From: an uncultured Flavobacteriales bacterium
Lineage (GTDB): Bacteria; Bacteroidota; Bacteroidia; Flavobacteriales_G; JALEGO01
DNA length: 64,000 bases
Assembly (NCBI GenBank): GCA_964403835.1
Contig: CAYOHR010000004.1
Coordinates: 44,553 to 108,552 of the forward strand
Reading direction: 5' to 3'
Under the pieces are notes generated by a model that searched no databases, had not been told where the DNA came from, and saw nothing but the letters and a program-made list of their open reading frames with translations. The position numbers were made by a program, and so were the translations under genes. Positions within the stretch are counted from its first letter, which is position 1. Each line of letters starts with the position of its first letter. Shown in pieces: positions 20,566 through 30,719 of this stretch.

Positions 20566-21030
20566 TTATTTAAATTTTAAAATGATTTTTGCCTCTTTAA
20601 TATTGGGAAATTCTACTGTTTCTGTTTTTATTATTTCAATTTTTTTATTTTTTTCGTTTCTAAGTTTCTCGGTGTATTCCAAGACTATATTTTTTTCGGT
20701 TACTTCTTTTAATAGCCCCCTTACTTTCTTTTCATCAGAAGTTAAAACTTCAATCTCTTTCCCTACGTTTTTTTTATATTGATCAAATACTTTAAAGGGT
20801 TTTTCCAAGCCTGGAGAACTCACTTGCAAAGAAAAATCTTCTTCCTCCCGATTCATTCTTTTTTCGATAAATCGATTTAACTCAATGCAATCTGCAATTG
20901 AAAATCCGGAATATTTATCCACCTCAACCTGAATATTATTGGATAAATCAACTTTTATATCAACAATAAAAAAATCTGAACCTTTAAATTTTTCAGAAAC
21001 TATATCTCTTATTTGTTCTTTTGTTATCAT
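20566..21030 (-). CDS. rimP: Ribosome maturation factor RimP
   Basis: LQVSSPGLEKPF, KNVGKEIEV; first gene of rimP-nusA-infB. Confidence 0.93.
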   Translation of the reverse strand: MITKEQIRDIVSEKFKGSDFFIVDIKVDLSNNIQVEVDKYSGFSIADCIELNRFIEKRMNREEEDFSLQVSSPGLEKPFKVFDQYKKNVGKEIEVLTSDEKKVRGLLKEVTEKNIVLEYTEKLRNEKNKKIEIIKTETVEFPNIKEAKIILKFK

Positions 21031-21083
21031 AAATAAAAAGAGGGGCTTTTGACCCCTCTTTCAAATTTCACAATGCAAAAATA
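21031..21083 (-). promoter_or_regulatory. rimP leader: -7 box TATTTTTG (21076-21083), then a GC hairpin with U-tract before the ATG
   Basis: Minus strand reads TATTTTTG ... AAAGAGGGG-TCAAAAG-CCCCTCTTT-TTATTT-ATG. Confidence 0.6.
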
Positions 21084-21125
21084 TATAAATTTCTTTATTC
21101 TACAAAAGAATATTCCTAAATGTGA

Positions 21126-24100
21126 TTATTGAGCAACCAATTTTACTTGCGAAAGAACTTCTTTAGTTGAAGTATTAATCAGCTTTCCAATATAAGTTCC
21201 TGCACTTAAGCGATCATTCATATTTACTCTATTACTTAATACAGGGTATGACTGAATAGAACGTCCTTGTAAATCATACACTACAAAAGAAATGGTTTCA
21301 AAATTTGTTAAATTTTTGAACTCAACAAAGGTATTTTTTACAAATGGATTTGGATAGGCCACCATATAAATATTGGACTGCAAATCAGATTTTATCTGTG
21401 TTGTTAAACTATCCTCTACAAACACAACTAAGGTGTCTGATTTAACGCAGCCATGATCGTTAGATACATTCACCAAATAATAATTGTACCCTCCATTAAC
21501 CACCGTAGCTATTGGATTTGCAATAGTATCGTTATTCAATGTAGCTCCTGTCCAAGCATAGTGATATGTTCCTGAAGGCGTAACCGAAGTTGTAAATTGA
21601 ACTTGATCATTTAATAAAACAGTATCTTCTGCTTGAGTAACACTCAAAGTAAACCCGGGAACAACATGAACTGTAAAGGAAGATGTTCCTTGGCAATTAC
21701 CAATAACATCTGTTGTTGTTAAAGTGTAAGTAACGTCTGAAGATGGCCAAACATAAGTGCTAGCTCCATGTGGGTCAGATAAGTTTGTTGTAGGATTCCA
21801 TTGATATAAAATATTGCTATCTACACAATGCATGGTGTAATTCCATATACTCTGACCATTTAGAGGGTCAGGACCATCATTATACAAAATGTTTCCAGAA
21901 TATCCCGAAATAGAGAAACTCTCTTCGCTAGGGTAGGCTCCGCTAGTGTAAGATAAAGAAACCTGATCTCCATCATTTAAATAAACATATTCGGCACTTT
22001 GGAATCCGTTAGGCAATGTGAATGTATTGTGTAACACTCCATTTACAAATATTTCGAGCGAAGCTCCATTCCATCCATCACCATAGCTATCATACAGATC
22101 TATCGCTAATTGGCAAGAATTGAAAAAGTCAGTAGCTTGTAATAAAGCACTATCTCCTGAACATAATATAGAGTCTCCTGTAATAATATAATTTCTAGCA
22201 TGGCCATTAGATACCATCACTTTTAAGCTAGTGTCTGTTTTAGTGCAACCCTCGTTAGTTATTTCAAGGGAAATAGTATTTAAACCGGGATGATTAAATA
22301 CACCTACCGGATTAGTGATAGTATCAGCATTAAATAACCCTAAAGAACTCCATTGATAAGAATAAGATCCAGCAGGGCTTACAGACACATTAAATTGAAC
22401 ACTATCATGCAAACAAATGCTGTCATCGCTAGCAGTAATTTGATACGTGAAATTTGAACCTATATGCACTAATATAGTAGTTGAATCAACACAATTTCCC
22501 ACCGTTTCAGTAGCAACAATCGTATATAAGGTGCTTGAAGTTGGAGATACCCAAACACTATCAGAAGTACTAGAACTTAATCCGTTGCTTGGAGTCCATA
22601 AATAACTAATTTGTGAGCTACACATCCATGTATGTTGCCAAACCTGCAATCCATTTAAAGGAGTAGGTCCATCCGAAAATAAGATGCTGCCTTGCGCGTC
22701 TAAAACTTGGTAGCTTTCTTCTGTAGGATACAAGCCACTAGTGAAATCAATACTTACTACATCACCTAAGTTTAAATGAATTGTATCTAGTAATTCAAAA
22801 CCGGTTGCTATAGTGTACGATTGATATAAGGATCCATTAATGTTTAAATTAAGATTAGCACCGTTCCATCCATCACCATAATTATCACTTAATACTAAAA
22901 CCATATAACAACCGATATTGCCATTGTTCACAACTAATAAAGTAGAATCGCCTGTACATATATTAGTATCTCCAACAATAGAAATATCCGGTGAAATATT
23001 ATTAGAAACTAAAACAGAAACACTGTCTTTTTTGTTACAACCCCCTGCGCTTGCAACATCCACATAGAACGTATTTACACCAGATTGAGATAAATAAGCA
23101 ATTGGGTTGTGAGTAATATCATTATTTAATAAAAAGGAAGGGGTCCATTGATATGAATAGCTCCCGGCAGGACTAACCGATACATTTAACTGGTTTTCAC
23201 TATACAAACAAGAACTTAAATCGGCAGCGCTCGCGTTAATGGTGAAATTAGGTACTACTGAAACGTGATACTGAACTGTATCTGCACATCCATTTAAAGA
23301 AGATGCAATGACCGTATATGTTGTGCTTACAGTTGGAGAAACTATTACCGTATCATTTGTAGTGGTATTTAAACCTATAGCAGGAGACCATGCATAAGAT
23401 ACATCTGCTCCGGTTAAAGCGATATTCACATTGTCAATCGCCCAGTTATCAAATCCAATACCCGAAAAAAGTGGTTGTGACCATCTAAATCTGGTAGAAG
23501 TAGTTTGGGCAGCCAAGGGAATGTTTTCTGAAATGGGAGTAAAATTAGGATAATTTGCAACTGCATACTGATTAATATTAAACCAATTGACACCGCCATC
23601 ATAAGAATATTGAAGAATAACATCTTCACCTACTTCTGCTGCGTCGCAGGAATCATTTCCTTGTGCTATATATAAAGAAAAATTAATAGTTCCACCTAAT
23701 GATGCATTTAAATCAATGGTTTCAGCAAGTCGGCTAAAATCATCATTAAAATATAAAGCATTACCCGAAACCGAACCACAAGTAGAAGCCGTAATTCCTG
23801 TGGTAGAATACCAATTGGAAAGATGAATGGGATCAAACTGATCAACCAATTGAGCATTACCATATTGTGAATTCACCACAATCATTGAACTGTCACCTTG
23901 ACAAAGTGTACTATCCCCATGAAAAGTTAAAAGTGGGATTGAATTAGTCGAAACAGTTACAACAACACTATCATTTTTGCTACAACCATTGTGACTGGTT
24001 ATATTAAAATACAGGGGCGTTGTTCCTGAACTTGTAAAGGTAGCCCTCGGGTGAAATGAAGCGTGATTATCTATCAGTGCGTTTCCTGTCCAATCAATAG

Positions 24101-25643
24101 TGTAACTTCCTGAAGGATTGGGTGTAACATTAAAAACTACATCATCATTTAAGCAAATAGATGCATTGCTTGGTTGAACTGCATATGTAAAGTCAGCTAC
24201 TACAACAACTTGAACAGTATCTACGTTAGCACATCCACCTTGTAAATTGCTTGTTACTACATAAGTGGTTGTTGCAGAAGGGGTTGCAATTGGGTCGGCG
24301 CATGTGTCACAAGAAAAATTAGTGCCTATCACGATGGGTGAACCGGATATAGATTGCCATGTAAATACAGTACCTCCCGCAGCATGCAAATGAGCTTCGC
24401 TCGAGCTGCCTGAAGTTCCACAGATAAAACGATCAGGACCGGCATTCGTAGATTTTACAATTTGAATGTGATAAACAAATGTATTGGATCCTGAAATAGG
24501 ACATACATTATCAGAAACCAGAACACTAAAAGAAGCATTGTTTGTATGGGATTGTGCTGGTAATTGAATGTTGTATTGAACAGTTAATGGATTTACACCA
24601 GTAATGTTAAAGGAAGATCCTGGAAAAACCTGTGCTAGATTAGTCATGATGCTTAAGCTATCTAGGCTATTAGCATCAACATACGTACTATTAAAAGAAA
24701 TCATTGAGCCTTCACATGCTTCTATTGTGTTATTATTAATTAATATAGCATTACTTACATTTTGAATAACTCCTGAGCTTGCCGAAGGATTTGAGTTAGA
24801 ACAATTTACCGCATAAATTTCTATATCTCGCATCACGGTTCCGATCAAGTTTCCTTGATGATCATATTCTGTAACCTGGTAAACTAAAACATAATTACCA
24901 ATAGTATTAGCAGTAAAGCTAATGTTCCCATTCGCATGATCAATGGTTATTCCGTCGATAGGATTAACACATGAATAAGGAGAAACATAAGTTATTGGAT
25001 TTCCCCATTCATCGCGGGCACAAATCAATTCATAATACAAAGAATCTCCATCCGCTTCTGATACACCGCCGTTGATGGTTATATTCTGACCAATGCACGC
25101 ATAAGGAATAGGAGGTGAATTAAATATGGGTGAGTTATTACATGTTTGTATAGAATTATTTAAAAAGGCATCAACAAGTAATCCCCAGTTTGCGCCATCT
25201 ATGTTTACTGAAGTATTTCTGGCGTAAGTAGTTAGGCTTATATACCAATCAGAACAAGGAGTTAAATTTACCTGAGCTTGATAAATAGACTCGATAAGGC
25301 CGGGTTGAGTTCCACCGTTACAAATCGAATTGTTTATTTCAGAAGCACATAGAGGTGCTACTTCTTTTGCATGAAAAAAAGAAAGAGGAACATGTAAAGT
25401 TCCGCATGAGCTAATTATATCTACTAATTGTTCGGTTGAATCGATATAGGAACTGACCGAACAATCTTGAAAAATTTTTAATTGTATAGTATAGTTGTTC
25501 CCGCCTGTGCAGATATACGTAATTTCGCCGCCAGCATAATGGCTAGCATTCATCTTGGTAATAAATACCAAAGAGAATAGAAAGGAAAAAAGGAAAAATG
25601 ATTTTTTCATAGTAGATCTAAAAATGTTTGTGCAAATGTACAA
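21126..25643 (-). CDS. Large T9SS cargo (type A CTD) with Ig/PKD-like repeats, a reelin-subrepeat-like domain and two DxYGDGWNG modules
   Basis: N-terminal ASHYAGGEITY, repeated GSY.Y.W....L modules, SYDGGVNW Asp-box, C-terminal YPNPF..VYDLQGR..G.Y. Confidence 0.85.
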   Translation of the reverse strand: MYICTNIFRSTMKKSFFLFSFLFSLVFITKMNASHYAGGEITYICTGGNNYTIQLKIFQDCSVSSYIDSTEQLVDIISSCGTLHVPLSFFHAKEVAPLCASEINNSICNGGTQPGLIESIYQAQVNLTPCSDWYISLTTYARNTSVNIDGANWGLLVDAFLNNSIQTCNNSPIFNSPPIPYACIGQNITINGGVSEADGDSLYYELICARDEWGNPITYVSPYSCVNPIDGITIDHANGNISFTANTIGNYVLVYQVTEYDHQGNLIGTVMRDIEIYAVNCSNSNPSASSGVIQNVSNAILINNNTIEACEGSMISFNSTYVDANSLDSLSIMTNLAQVFPGSSFNITGVNPLTVQYNIQLPAQSHTNNASFSVLVSDNVCPISGSNTFVYHIQIVKSTNAGPDRFICGTSGSSSEAHLHAAGGTVFTWQSISGSPIVIGTNFSCDTCADPIATPSATTTYVVTSNLQGGCANVDTVQVVVVADFTYAVQPSNASICLNDDVVFNVTPNPSGSYTIDWTGNALIDNHASFHPRATFTSSGTTPLYFNITSHNGCSKNDSVVVTVSTNSIPLLTFHGDSTLCQGDSSMIVVNSQYGNAQLVDQFDPIHLSNWYSTTGITASTCGSVSGNALYFNDDFSRLAETIDLNASLGGTINFSLYIAQGNDSCDAAEVGEDVILQYSYDGGVNWFNINQYAVANYPNFTPISENIPLAAQTTSTRFRWSQPLFSGIGFDNWAIDNVNIALTGADVSYAWSPAIGLNTTTNDTVIVSPTVSTTYTVIASSLNGCADTVQYHVSVVPNFTINASAADLSSCLYSENQLNVSVSPAGSYSYQWTPSFLLNNDITHNPIAYLSQSGVNTFYVDVASAGGCNKKDSVSVLVSNNISPDISIVGDTNICTGDSTLLVVNNGNIGCYMVLVLSDNYGDGWNGANLNLNINGSLYQSYTIATGFELLDTIHLNLGDVVSIDFTSGLYPTEESYQVLDAQGSILFSDGPTPLNGLQVWQHTWMCSSQISYLWTPSNGLSSSTSDSVWVSPTSSTLYTIVATETVGNCVDSTTILVHIGSNFTYQITASDDSICLHDSVQFNVSVSPAGSYSYQWSSLGLFNADTITNPVGVFNHPGLNTISLEITNEGCTKTDTSLKVMVSNGHARNYIITGDSILCSGDSALLQATDFFNSCQLAIDLYDSYGDGWNGASLEIFVNGVLHNTFTLPNGFQSAEYVYLNDGDQVSLSYTSGAYPSEESFSISGYSGNILYNDGPDPLNGQSIWNYTMHCVDSNILYQWNPTTNLSDPHGASTYVWPSSDVTYTLTTTDVIGNCQGTSSFTVHVVPGFTLSVTQAEDTVLLNDQVQFTTSVTPSGTYHYAWTGATLNNDTIANPIATVVNGGYNYYLVNVSNDHGCVKSDTLVVFVEDSLTTQIKSDLQSNIYMVAYPNPFVKNTFVEFKNLTNFETISFVVYDLQGRSIQSYPVLSNRVNMNDRLSAGTYIGKLINTSTKEVLSQVKLVAQ

Positions 25644-25704
25644 GGAATGATAAATTAATAAAACAAATTGTTAAAAAATATTTAATTTTTGTAAAAAAGC
25701 ATCC

Positions 25705-26676
25705 TTATTTTGTAAATATGGATGCGTAATCTTTTGCTAAATAACTAATGATTACGTTGGCTCCTGCCCGTTTTATGGAATAAAATGTTTCTGCCAAACA
25801 GGTAGGGTAATCTAACCAGCCATTTTTTGAAGCAGCTAATAACATGGCACATTCTCCACTTACATGATATGCAGCAACTGGCAAATTGAATTTTTTGTGT
25901 AATTGATGGATGATATCTAAATAATGTAATGCCGGCTTAACCATAATAAAATCAGCTCCTTCTTGTACATCAAGGCTAGCTTCTAACATAGCTTCTCGGG
26001 CATTTCTAAAATCCATCTGATAGGTCTTTTTGTTTCCTTTTTTAGGGGCCGAATCCAAAGCATCTCTAAAAGGGCCATAAAAAGCGCTGGCATATTTGGC
26101 GGTATACGCCATAATAGAGGTTTCGTAAAATCCTTTGTTATCTAAGTGTTCTCTCAAATATCTTACCCTTCCGTCCATCATGTCTGATGGGCCTATCATA
26201 TCTATTCCTGCTTCCGCCTGGGCCAAAGCCATTTTAGCAAGAATGGGCAGGGTTTCGTCATTTAAAATACGATCTCCTTCCACTAAACCATCATGCCCAT
26301 CTGAACTATATGGATCCATGGCTACATCAGAAATAAGACATGCTTCCGGAAACTTCTTTTTCGCCTCTTGAATAAATTTTAGATAGAAGTTTTTTGAATT
26401 ATAACTATAGGTCGCTTTTGTATCTTTTAAATGATCTTCAATGGCAGGAAACAAAATAAATGAACGGATTCCTAACTTTAAACACTGCTCCATTTCTTGT
26501 AATGCAGTATCCATAGAAAACCGGAAAGTGCCGGGCAAAGAAAGTACTTCTTTTTTTATGCCTTTTCCATCTACCAAAAAAAGGGGCATCACTAAATTAT
26601 TTGCAGAAAAGGAGGTTTCGGCAACCATTTCTCGAATGGCACCTGATTTCCTGTTTCTTCGGGGTCTGATATTCAT
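25705..26676 (-). CDS. hemB: Delta-aminolevulinic acid dehydratase
   Basis: DVAMDPYSSDGHDG, PSDMMDGRV, AKYASAFYGPFRDA, TYQMD, MVKPA. Confidence 0.97.
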   Translation of the reverse strand: MNIRPRRNRKSGAIREMVAETSFSANNLVMPLFLVDGKGIKKEVLSLPGTFRFSMDTALQEMEQCLKLGIRSFILFPAIEDHLKDTKATYSYNSKNFYLKFIQEAKKKFPEACLISDVAMDPYSSDGHDGLVEGDRILNDETLPILAKMALAQAEAGIDMIGPSDMMDGRVRYLREHLDNKGFYETSIMAYTAKYASAFYGPFRDALDSAPKKGNKKTYQMDFRNAREAMLEASLDVQEGADFIMVKPALHYLDIIHQLHKKFNLPVAAYHVSGECAMLLAASKNGWLDYPTCLAETFYSIKRAGANVIISYLAKDYASIFTK

Positions 26677-26692
26677 TATATGGATGTATTAA

Positions 26693-27475
26693 TTATAAAG
26701 AACCTGTTCTGCCACCATCCACCGGAAAATTAATTCCCGTTACATAAGAAGCTGCCGGAGAGCTTAAGAAAGCAACCACATTTGCAATTTCTATAGGTAA
26801 CCCAAAACGGCTCATGGGTATTTCTTTCAACATTTCCCCTTCAACTTCTTCTTTATTTAAACCTTCTTTTTTCGACTTATTTTCAACAATGTGCGACAAG
26901 CGTTCTGTTCTGGTAGCGCCAGGTAAAACATTATTTACAGTAATTTGATGTTTGGCCAGCTCATTGGCCATTGTTTTTGACCAATTGGCAACCGCTCCAC
27001 GAATAGTATTGGAAACCCCTAAATTTTTTAAAGGAATTTTTACTGAAGTTGAAATTATATTAATAATTCTTCCATATTTTTCCTGAATCATACCCTCCAT
27101 CAATTCCTGAACTAGAATATGACTGCATAAAAGATGGGCATTAAAGGCTTGCTGAAAAGATTCTATGGAAGCTTTTGTAATCATTCCTGGATCTGGTCCG
27201 CCGCTGTTGTTTACCAAAATGTGAATGGGTTGATCCAGTATTTTTTTTATCTCCAATTGCAGCGATTCAGGGTCAGAAAAGTCTGCCACCAAATATCCAT
27301 GCTTTTGGTTTTTTGTATTATCTAATTCTTTCAAACTTTCTATCAACTTTTCTTCTTTTCTCGAACATAAAATAACCGAGGCTCCTAGCTTAGAAAGCTC
27401 AATAGCACAGGCTTTACCAATTCCTTGGCTGCTGCCACATACTAAAGCGCGTTTACCTTGTAAATTAAGATCCAT
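26693..27475 (-). CDS. SDR family oxidoreductase (3-oxoacyl-ACP reductase-like, atypical active site)
   Basis: ALVCGSSQGIG, ILVNNSGGP, SNTIR in place of YxxxK, NNVLPG, PVDGG. Confidence 0.85.
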   Translation of the reverse strand: MDLNLQGKRALVCGSSQGIGKACAIELSKLGASVILCSRKEEKLIESLKELDNTKNQKHGYLVADFSDPESLQLEIKKILDQPIHILVNNSGGPDPGMITKASIESFQQAFNAHLLCSHILVQELMEGMIQEKYGRIINIISTSVKIPLKNLGVSNTIRGAVANWSKTMANELAKHQITVNNVLPGATRTERLSHIVENKSKKEGLNKEEVEGEMLKEIPMSRFGLPIEIANVVAFLSSPAASYVTGINFPVDGGRTGSL

Positions 27476-27615
27476 GCAATAAAAATTTATACAAATTTAA
27501 TAAGTAAAATGGTTTTTCTTCATTTATTTTAAATTTAAAGCAACCATGTTTGGCAATAAACGTTGATACTTTATAGTTATCAGTAAAACATGGAAGGTGA
27601 ATTTTTTGAGAAAAA

Positions 27616-27645
27616 ACCGTTCACATTCAAAAAACAACCGTTCAA
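27616..27645 (+). promoter_or_regulatory. Putative LytTR-type operator: ACCGTTCAC-N12-ACCGTTCAA
   Basis: Two 9-bp direct repeats with a 12-bp spacer in the SDR/fabH divergent intergenic region. Confidence 0.5.
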
Positions 27646-27728
27646 TAAAAATATTGACTCTTGAATATTTGGCATTGCATTTGCAGATCAAAAAAACATA
27701 CTTTTAATAGAAAGCGAGTAATCGAGTA

Positions 27729-27896
27729 ATGAAAATGAAAAAAAATATCTTTCAAAAATTATTAACTATGAAATCAAGAAAATCAATTAAATTCGATGTA
27801 AGCGATAGCTTATCGGTTAAGAAAGAAGCTTTTTTAAATGAATTTCAAAACATTTTACCAGGTAATAAAGTAGTTATTACTATCTATTTAAACTAG
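27729..27896 (+). CDS. Possible small ORF (55 aa; alternative starts at 27735 and 27768)
   Basis: MKMKKNIFQKLLTMKSRKSIKFDVSDSLSVKKEAFLNEFQNILPGNKVVITIYLN*; stop-free frame with A-rich upstream sequence and no recognisable motif. Confidence 0.3.
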   Translation: MKMKKNIFQKLLTMKSRKSIKFDVSDSLSVKKEAFLNEFQNILPGNKVVITIYLN

Positions 27897-27935
27897 TTTT
27901 TGAAAATTTCTTTATAAATTTCCAAAAAAATAGTT

Positions 27936-28931
27936 TTGAATACTGCTAAAATTAAAGCTGCCATTACCGGCGTTTCTGGATATGTCCCTGATTTCGTATT
28001 AAGCAATCAGAAATTAGAAAAGATTGTAGATACCTCTGCAGATTGGATTTTAGAAAGAACCGGTATACAAGAGCGACGCATTTTACAAGAAAAAGGAAAA
28101 GGATCTTCAGATATGGCTGTGGAAGCCATTCAAAAACTTTTGAAGAAAAAAAATATAAATGCACAAGAAATAGATCTTATTTTATGTGCCACCACAACTC
28201 CGGATATGGTTTTTCCGGCTACCGCAAACATTATCGCTGATAAAATTGGTTGTACCAATGCATTTGGTTTTGATATACAAGCTGCCTGTTCGGGCTTTTT
28301 ATACGCTTTAGTTACAGGATCTAAATACATCGAATCAGGAACACATAAAAAAGTGCTGGTGGTAGGGGTTGATAAAATGTCTTCTATTATTGATTATACC
28401 GATAGAAGCACCTGTATTATTTTTGGAGATGGGGCAGGCGTTGTTTTATTAGAGCCTACATTAGAAGAAACCGGCGTGATGGATTCTGTTTTACATAGCA
28501 ACGGAATCGGACGAATACATCTAAATCAGAAAGCAGGGGGCTCTGTTTTACCCCCCAATAAAAATACGGTTGACGAACGTTTGCATTACGTATATCAAGA
28601 AGGACAAGCTGTTTTTAAATGGGCAGTGGCCAAAATGGCTGATGTTTCGGAAGAAATTATGCTCAGAAATAATTTAAAAAGTGAAGATGTTCAATGGTTG
28701 GTTGCCCATCAGGCCAATAAAAGAATTATTGATGCAACGGCAAAACGAGTTGGACTACCAGATGATAAAGTAATGTTAAATATTCAGAAATACGGAAATA
28801 CCACCAGTGCCACTATTCCTCTTTGTTTGAATGATTGGGAAAGCCAGTTAAAGAAGGGAGATAACTTAATTTTATGCTCTTTTGGAGGAGGCTTTACCTG
28901 GGGAGCTATTTATTTAAAATGGGCATATTAA
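27936..28931 (+). CDS. fabH: Beta-ketoacyl-ACP synthase III
   Basis: TTG start, QAACSGF (catalytic Cys), [29 protein letters not shown]. Confidence 0.97.
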   Translation: MNTAKIKAAITGVSGYVPDFVLSNQKLEKIVDTSADWILERTGIQERRILQEKGKGSSDMAVEAIQKLLKKKNINAQEIDLILCATTTPDMVFPATANIIADKIGCTNAFGFDIQAACSGFLYALVTGSKYIESGTHKKVLVVGVDKMSSIIDYTDRSTCIIFGDGAGVVLLEPTLEETGVMDSVLHSNGIGRIHLNQKAGGSVLPPNKNTVDERLHYVYQEGQAVFKWAVAKMADVSEEIMLRNNLKSEDVQWLVAHQANKRIIDATAKRVGLPDDKVMLNIQKYGNTTSATIPLCLNDWESQLKKGDNLILCSFGGGFTWGAIYLKWAY

Positions 28932-28989
28932 TTTACTTTTACACTTAGCCCGTTTCTTTAACCAAAGAAAATTAGTGTGAAATATTCTT

Positions 28990-28997
28990 TATATTTG
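28990..28997 (+). promoter_or_regulatory. -7 promoter box (TATATTTG)
   Basis: Exact TAnnTTTG match 16 nt upstream of the hydrolase ATG. Confidence 0.55.
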
Positions 28998-29013
28998 ATT
29001 AAATTATCTTTTT

Positions 29014-30231
29014 ATGAAAAAAGTATTGGTTTTTATTGCTATTGCAATCTATTCTTTCTCTTCTTATTCTCAATATGACTGCAGTTATGGCCGTTTTGTA
29101 ACCCGAAATTTTTTCACTACCGATGTGGTTACTACAAACATTTTGTATGGATCAAATGTGATTGTAGGTGGAGTTAATCAGCAACAATTAAAATTAGATT
29201 TTTTTGAACCCAGCAATGATACTTTAAGCACACGTCCTTTAATTATTTTGGCTTTTCCGGGGTCTTTTGTTTCTGGGTCACGCACAGATATGCATCCGAT
29301 TTGTCATGAATATACTAAAATGGGCTATACTTGCGCAACCATTGATTATAGAACAGGCTTTTTTTTACCGGATTCTGTAAATACGGCAAAAGCAGTGGTT
29401 CGGGCAATGCATGATATGAGAGCTGCGGTTCGTTTTTTCTACAAACAGGCTCAAAATGGAAATCCATATAAAATTGATACTAATAAAATTATTGTAGGTG
29501 GAATATCTGCCGGAGCTATAACTGCTTTACACGTGGCGTTTTTAGATCAGTCATATGAAACAGTACCGGCTATTAATTTAAATAATTTAGGCGGAATAGA
29601 AGGAATTAGCGGAAATCAGGGATATTCATCTCGGGTACACGCAGTTATAAATTTAAGTGGAGCAATAGGCGATACCAGCTGGATTGAACCCCAGGATTAT
29701 AAACCTGTTTTTAGTGTACACGATATTGGAGATGATGTAGTTCCTTATGGAACGGAGGAAGTTTATTTTGGAGGGACTATTCCAACAGGACTTACTGCCA
29801 GCGGAAGTCATGATATAAATGAGCGATTGCTTGATATATCAGCGCCTACCCAATTATTATCGATTAATTCAAACACACATATTTCTTACCAAAACAATGT
29901 TCCCATGTTTGATTCAATCTTTAATTTGAGTATGAATTTTTTGGCAACGTATGTTATTTGTAATAATATTACCGCAATTTCTTCTCAAGAAATAAAGGAA
30001 GAAAAAGTGGTCATGTATCCTAATCCTAGCTCTGGTAATATTTCTATTACCAGTAAGGATAAAATAAAGAAAATTGAGCTTTATTCCCTGAACGGAAAAA
30101 AGGTATTGGAAAAAACTTTTGCGTTCAATCAAATGAATATTTCTCATTTGCCAGAAGGCGTTTACTTCAATAAAGTTTATTTTGAAAACGGATCTTCAAA
30201 AACCTTCAAAATACAGAAGTTAAACAACTAA
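29014..30231 (+). CDS. Secreted alpha/beta-hydrolase (esterase) with T9SS type A CTD
   Basis: PGSFVSG oxyanion region, IDYR, GISAG nucleophile elbow, NLSGA, GSH; C-terminal YPNPS..LYSLNG..GVY. Confidence 0.87.
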   Translation: MKKVLVFIAIAIYSFSSYSQYDCSYGRFVTRNFFTTDVVTTNILYGSNVIVGGVNQQQLKLDFFEPSNDTLSTRPLIILAFPGSFVSGSRTDMHPICHEYTKMGYTCATIDYRTGFFLPDSVNTAKAVVRAMHDMRAAVRFFYKQAQNGNPYKIDTNKIIVGGISAGAITALHVAFLDQSYETVPAINLNNLGGIEGISGNQGYSSRVHAVINLSGAIGDTSWIEPQDYKPVFSVHDIGDDVVPYGTEEVYFGGTIPTGLTASGSHDINERLLDISAPTQLLSINSNTHISYQNNVPMFDSIFNLSMNFLATYVICNNITAISSQEIKEEKVVMYPNPSSGNISITSKDKIKKIELYSLNGKKVLEKTFAFNQMNISHLPEGVYFNKVYFENGSSKTFKIQKLNN

Positions 30232-30319
30232 TTTTCTTCCCTTTTGAAAAATTGATTTTGAAGCCGTTTTGCCGAAAATGATCCTTTTTTAACATTTTGA
30301 AGATCAATTTTCATATCCT

Positions 30320-30660
30320 GAAAATTAGTAGTTACTTCACCCAATGGATGTTCTTCAGAGGTATTAAAATGGGTGAATTTTGAAGAAATCTTTCATGTGT
30401 TTATTTCCGGCTCTTTTACTCCGAATGGAGATGGATTAAACGATGTGTTTTTTCCAAAGGGAGTGGGAATTAATCCAAAGGAGGAGTATGAATTTAGAAT
30501 TTTTGATCGGGATGGAGAAAAAATATTTGAAAGCTTTGATTTGGAGAATGGGTGGGATGGAAGATACAAGAACACAAGTACAATTGTTTTGAAGGGAAAT
30601 TATGTTTAGGAATTATCATATATAGACATTCATAATAAATTTCATTCGTAAATAGAGCAA
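30320..30660 (+). pseudogene. Remnant of a PKD + T9SS type B CTD gene
   Basis: Frame reads KLVVTSPNGCSSEVLKWVNFEE..FTPNGDGLNDVF..IFDRDG..GWDG..GNYV*ELSYIDIHNKFHS*. It has an upstream in-frame stop, a stop at the usual Trp position, and no start or signal peptide. Confidence 0.75.
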
Positions 30661-30719
30661 AATTTTATTGAAAAATTAATTTTTCTTTTTATATTCGTTT
30701 TCACATTATTTTAACATTT

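Noticed and set aside
26693-27475. SDR as a sepiapterin reductase completing a BH4 pathway
   Set aside because: It is 16 kb from folE/PTPS and has generic FabG-like SDR features with no specific support.
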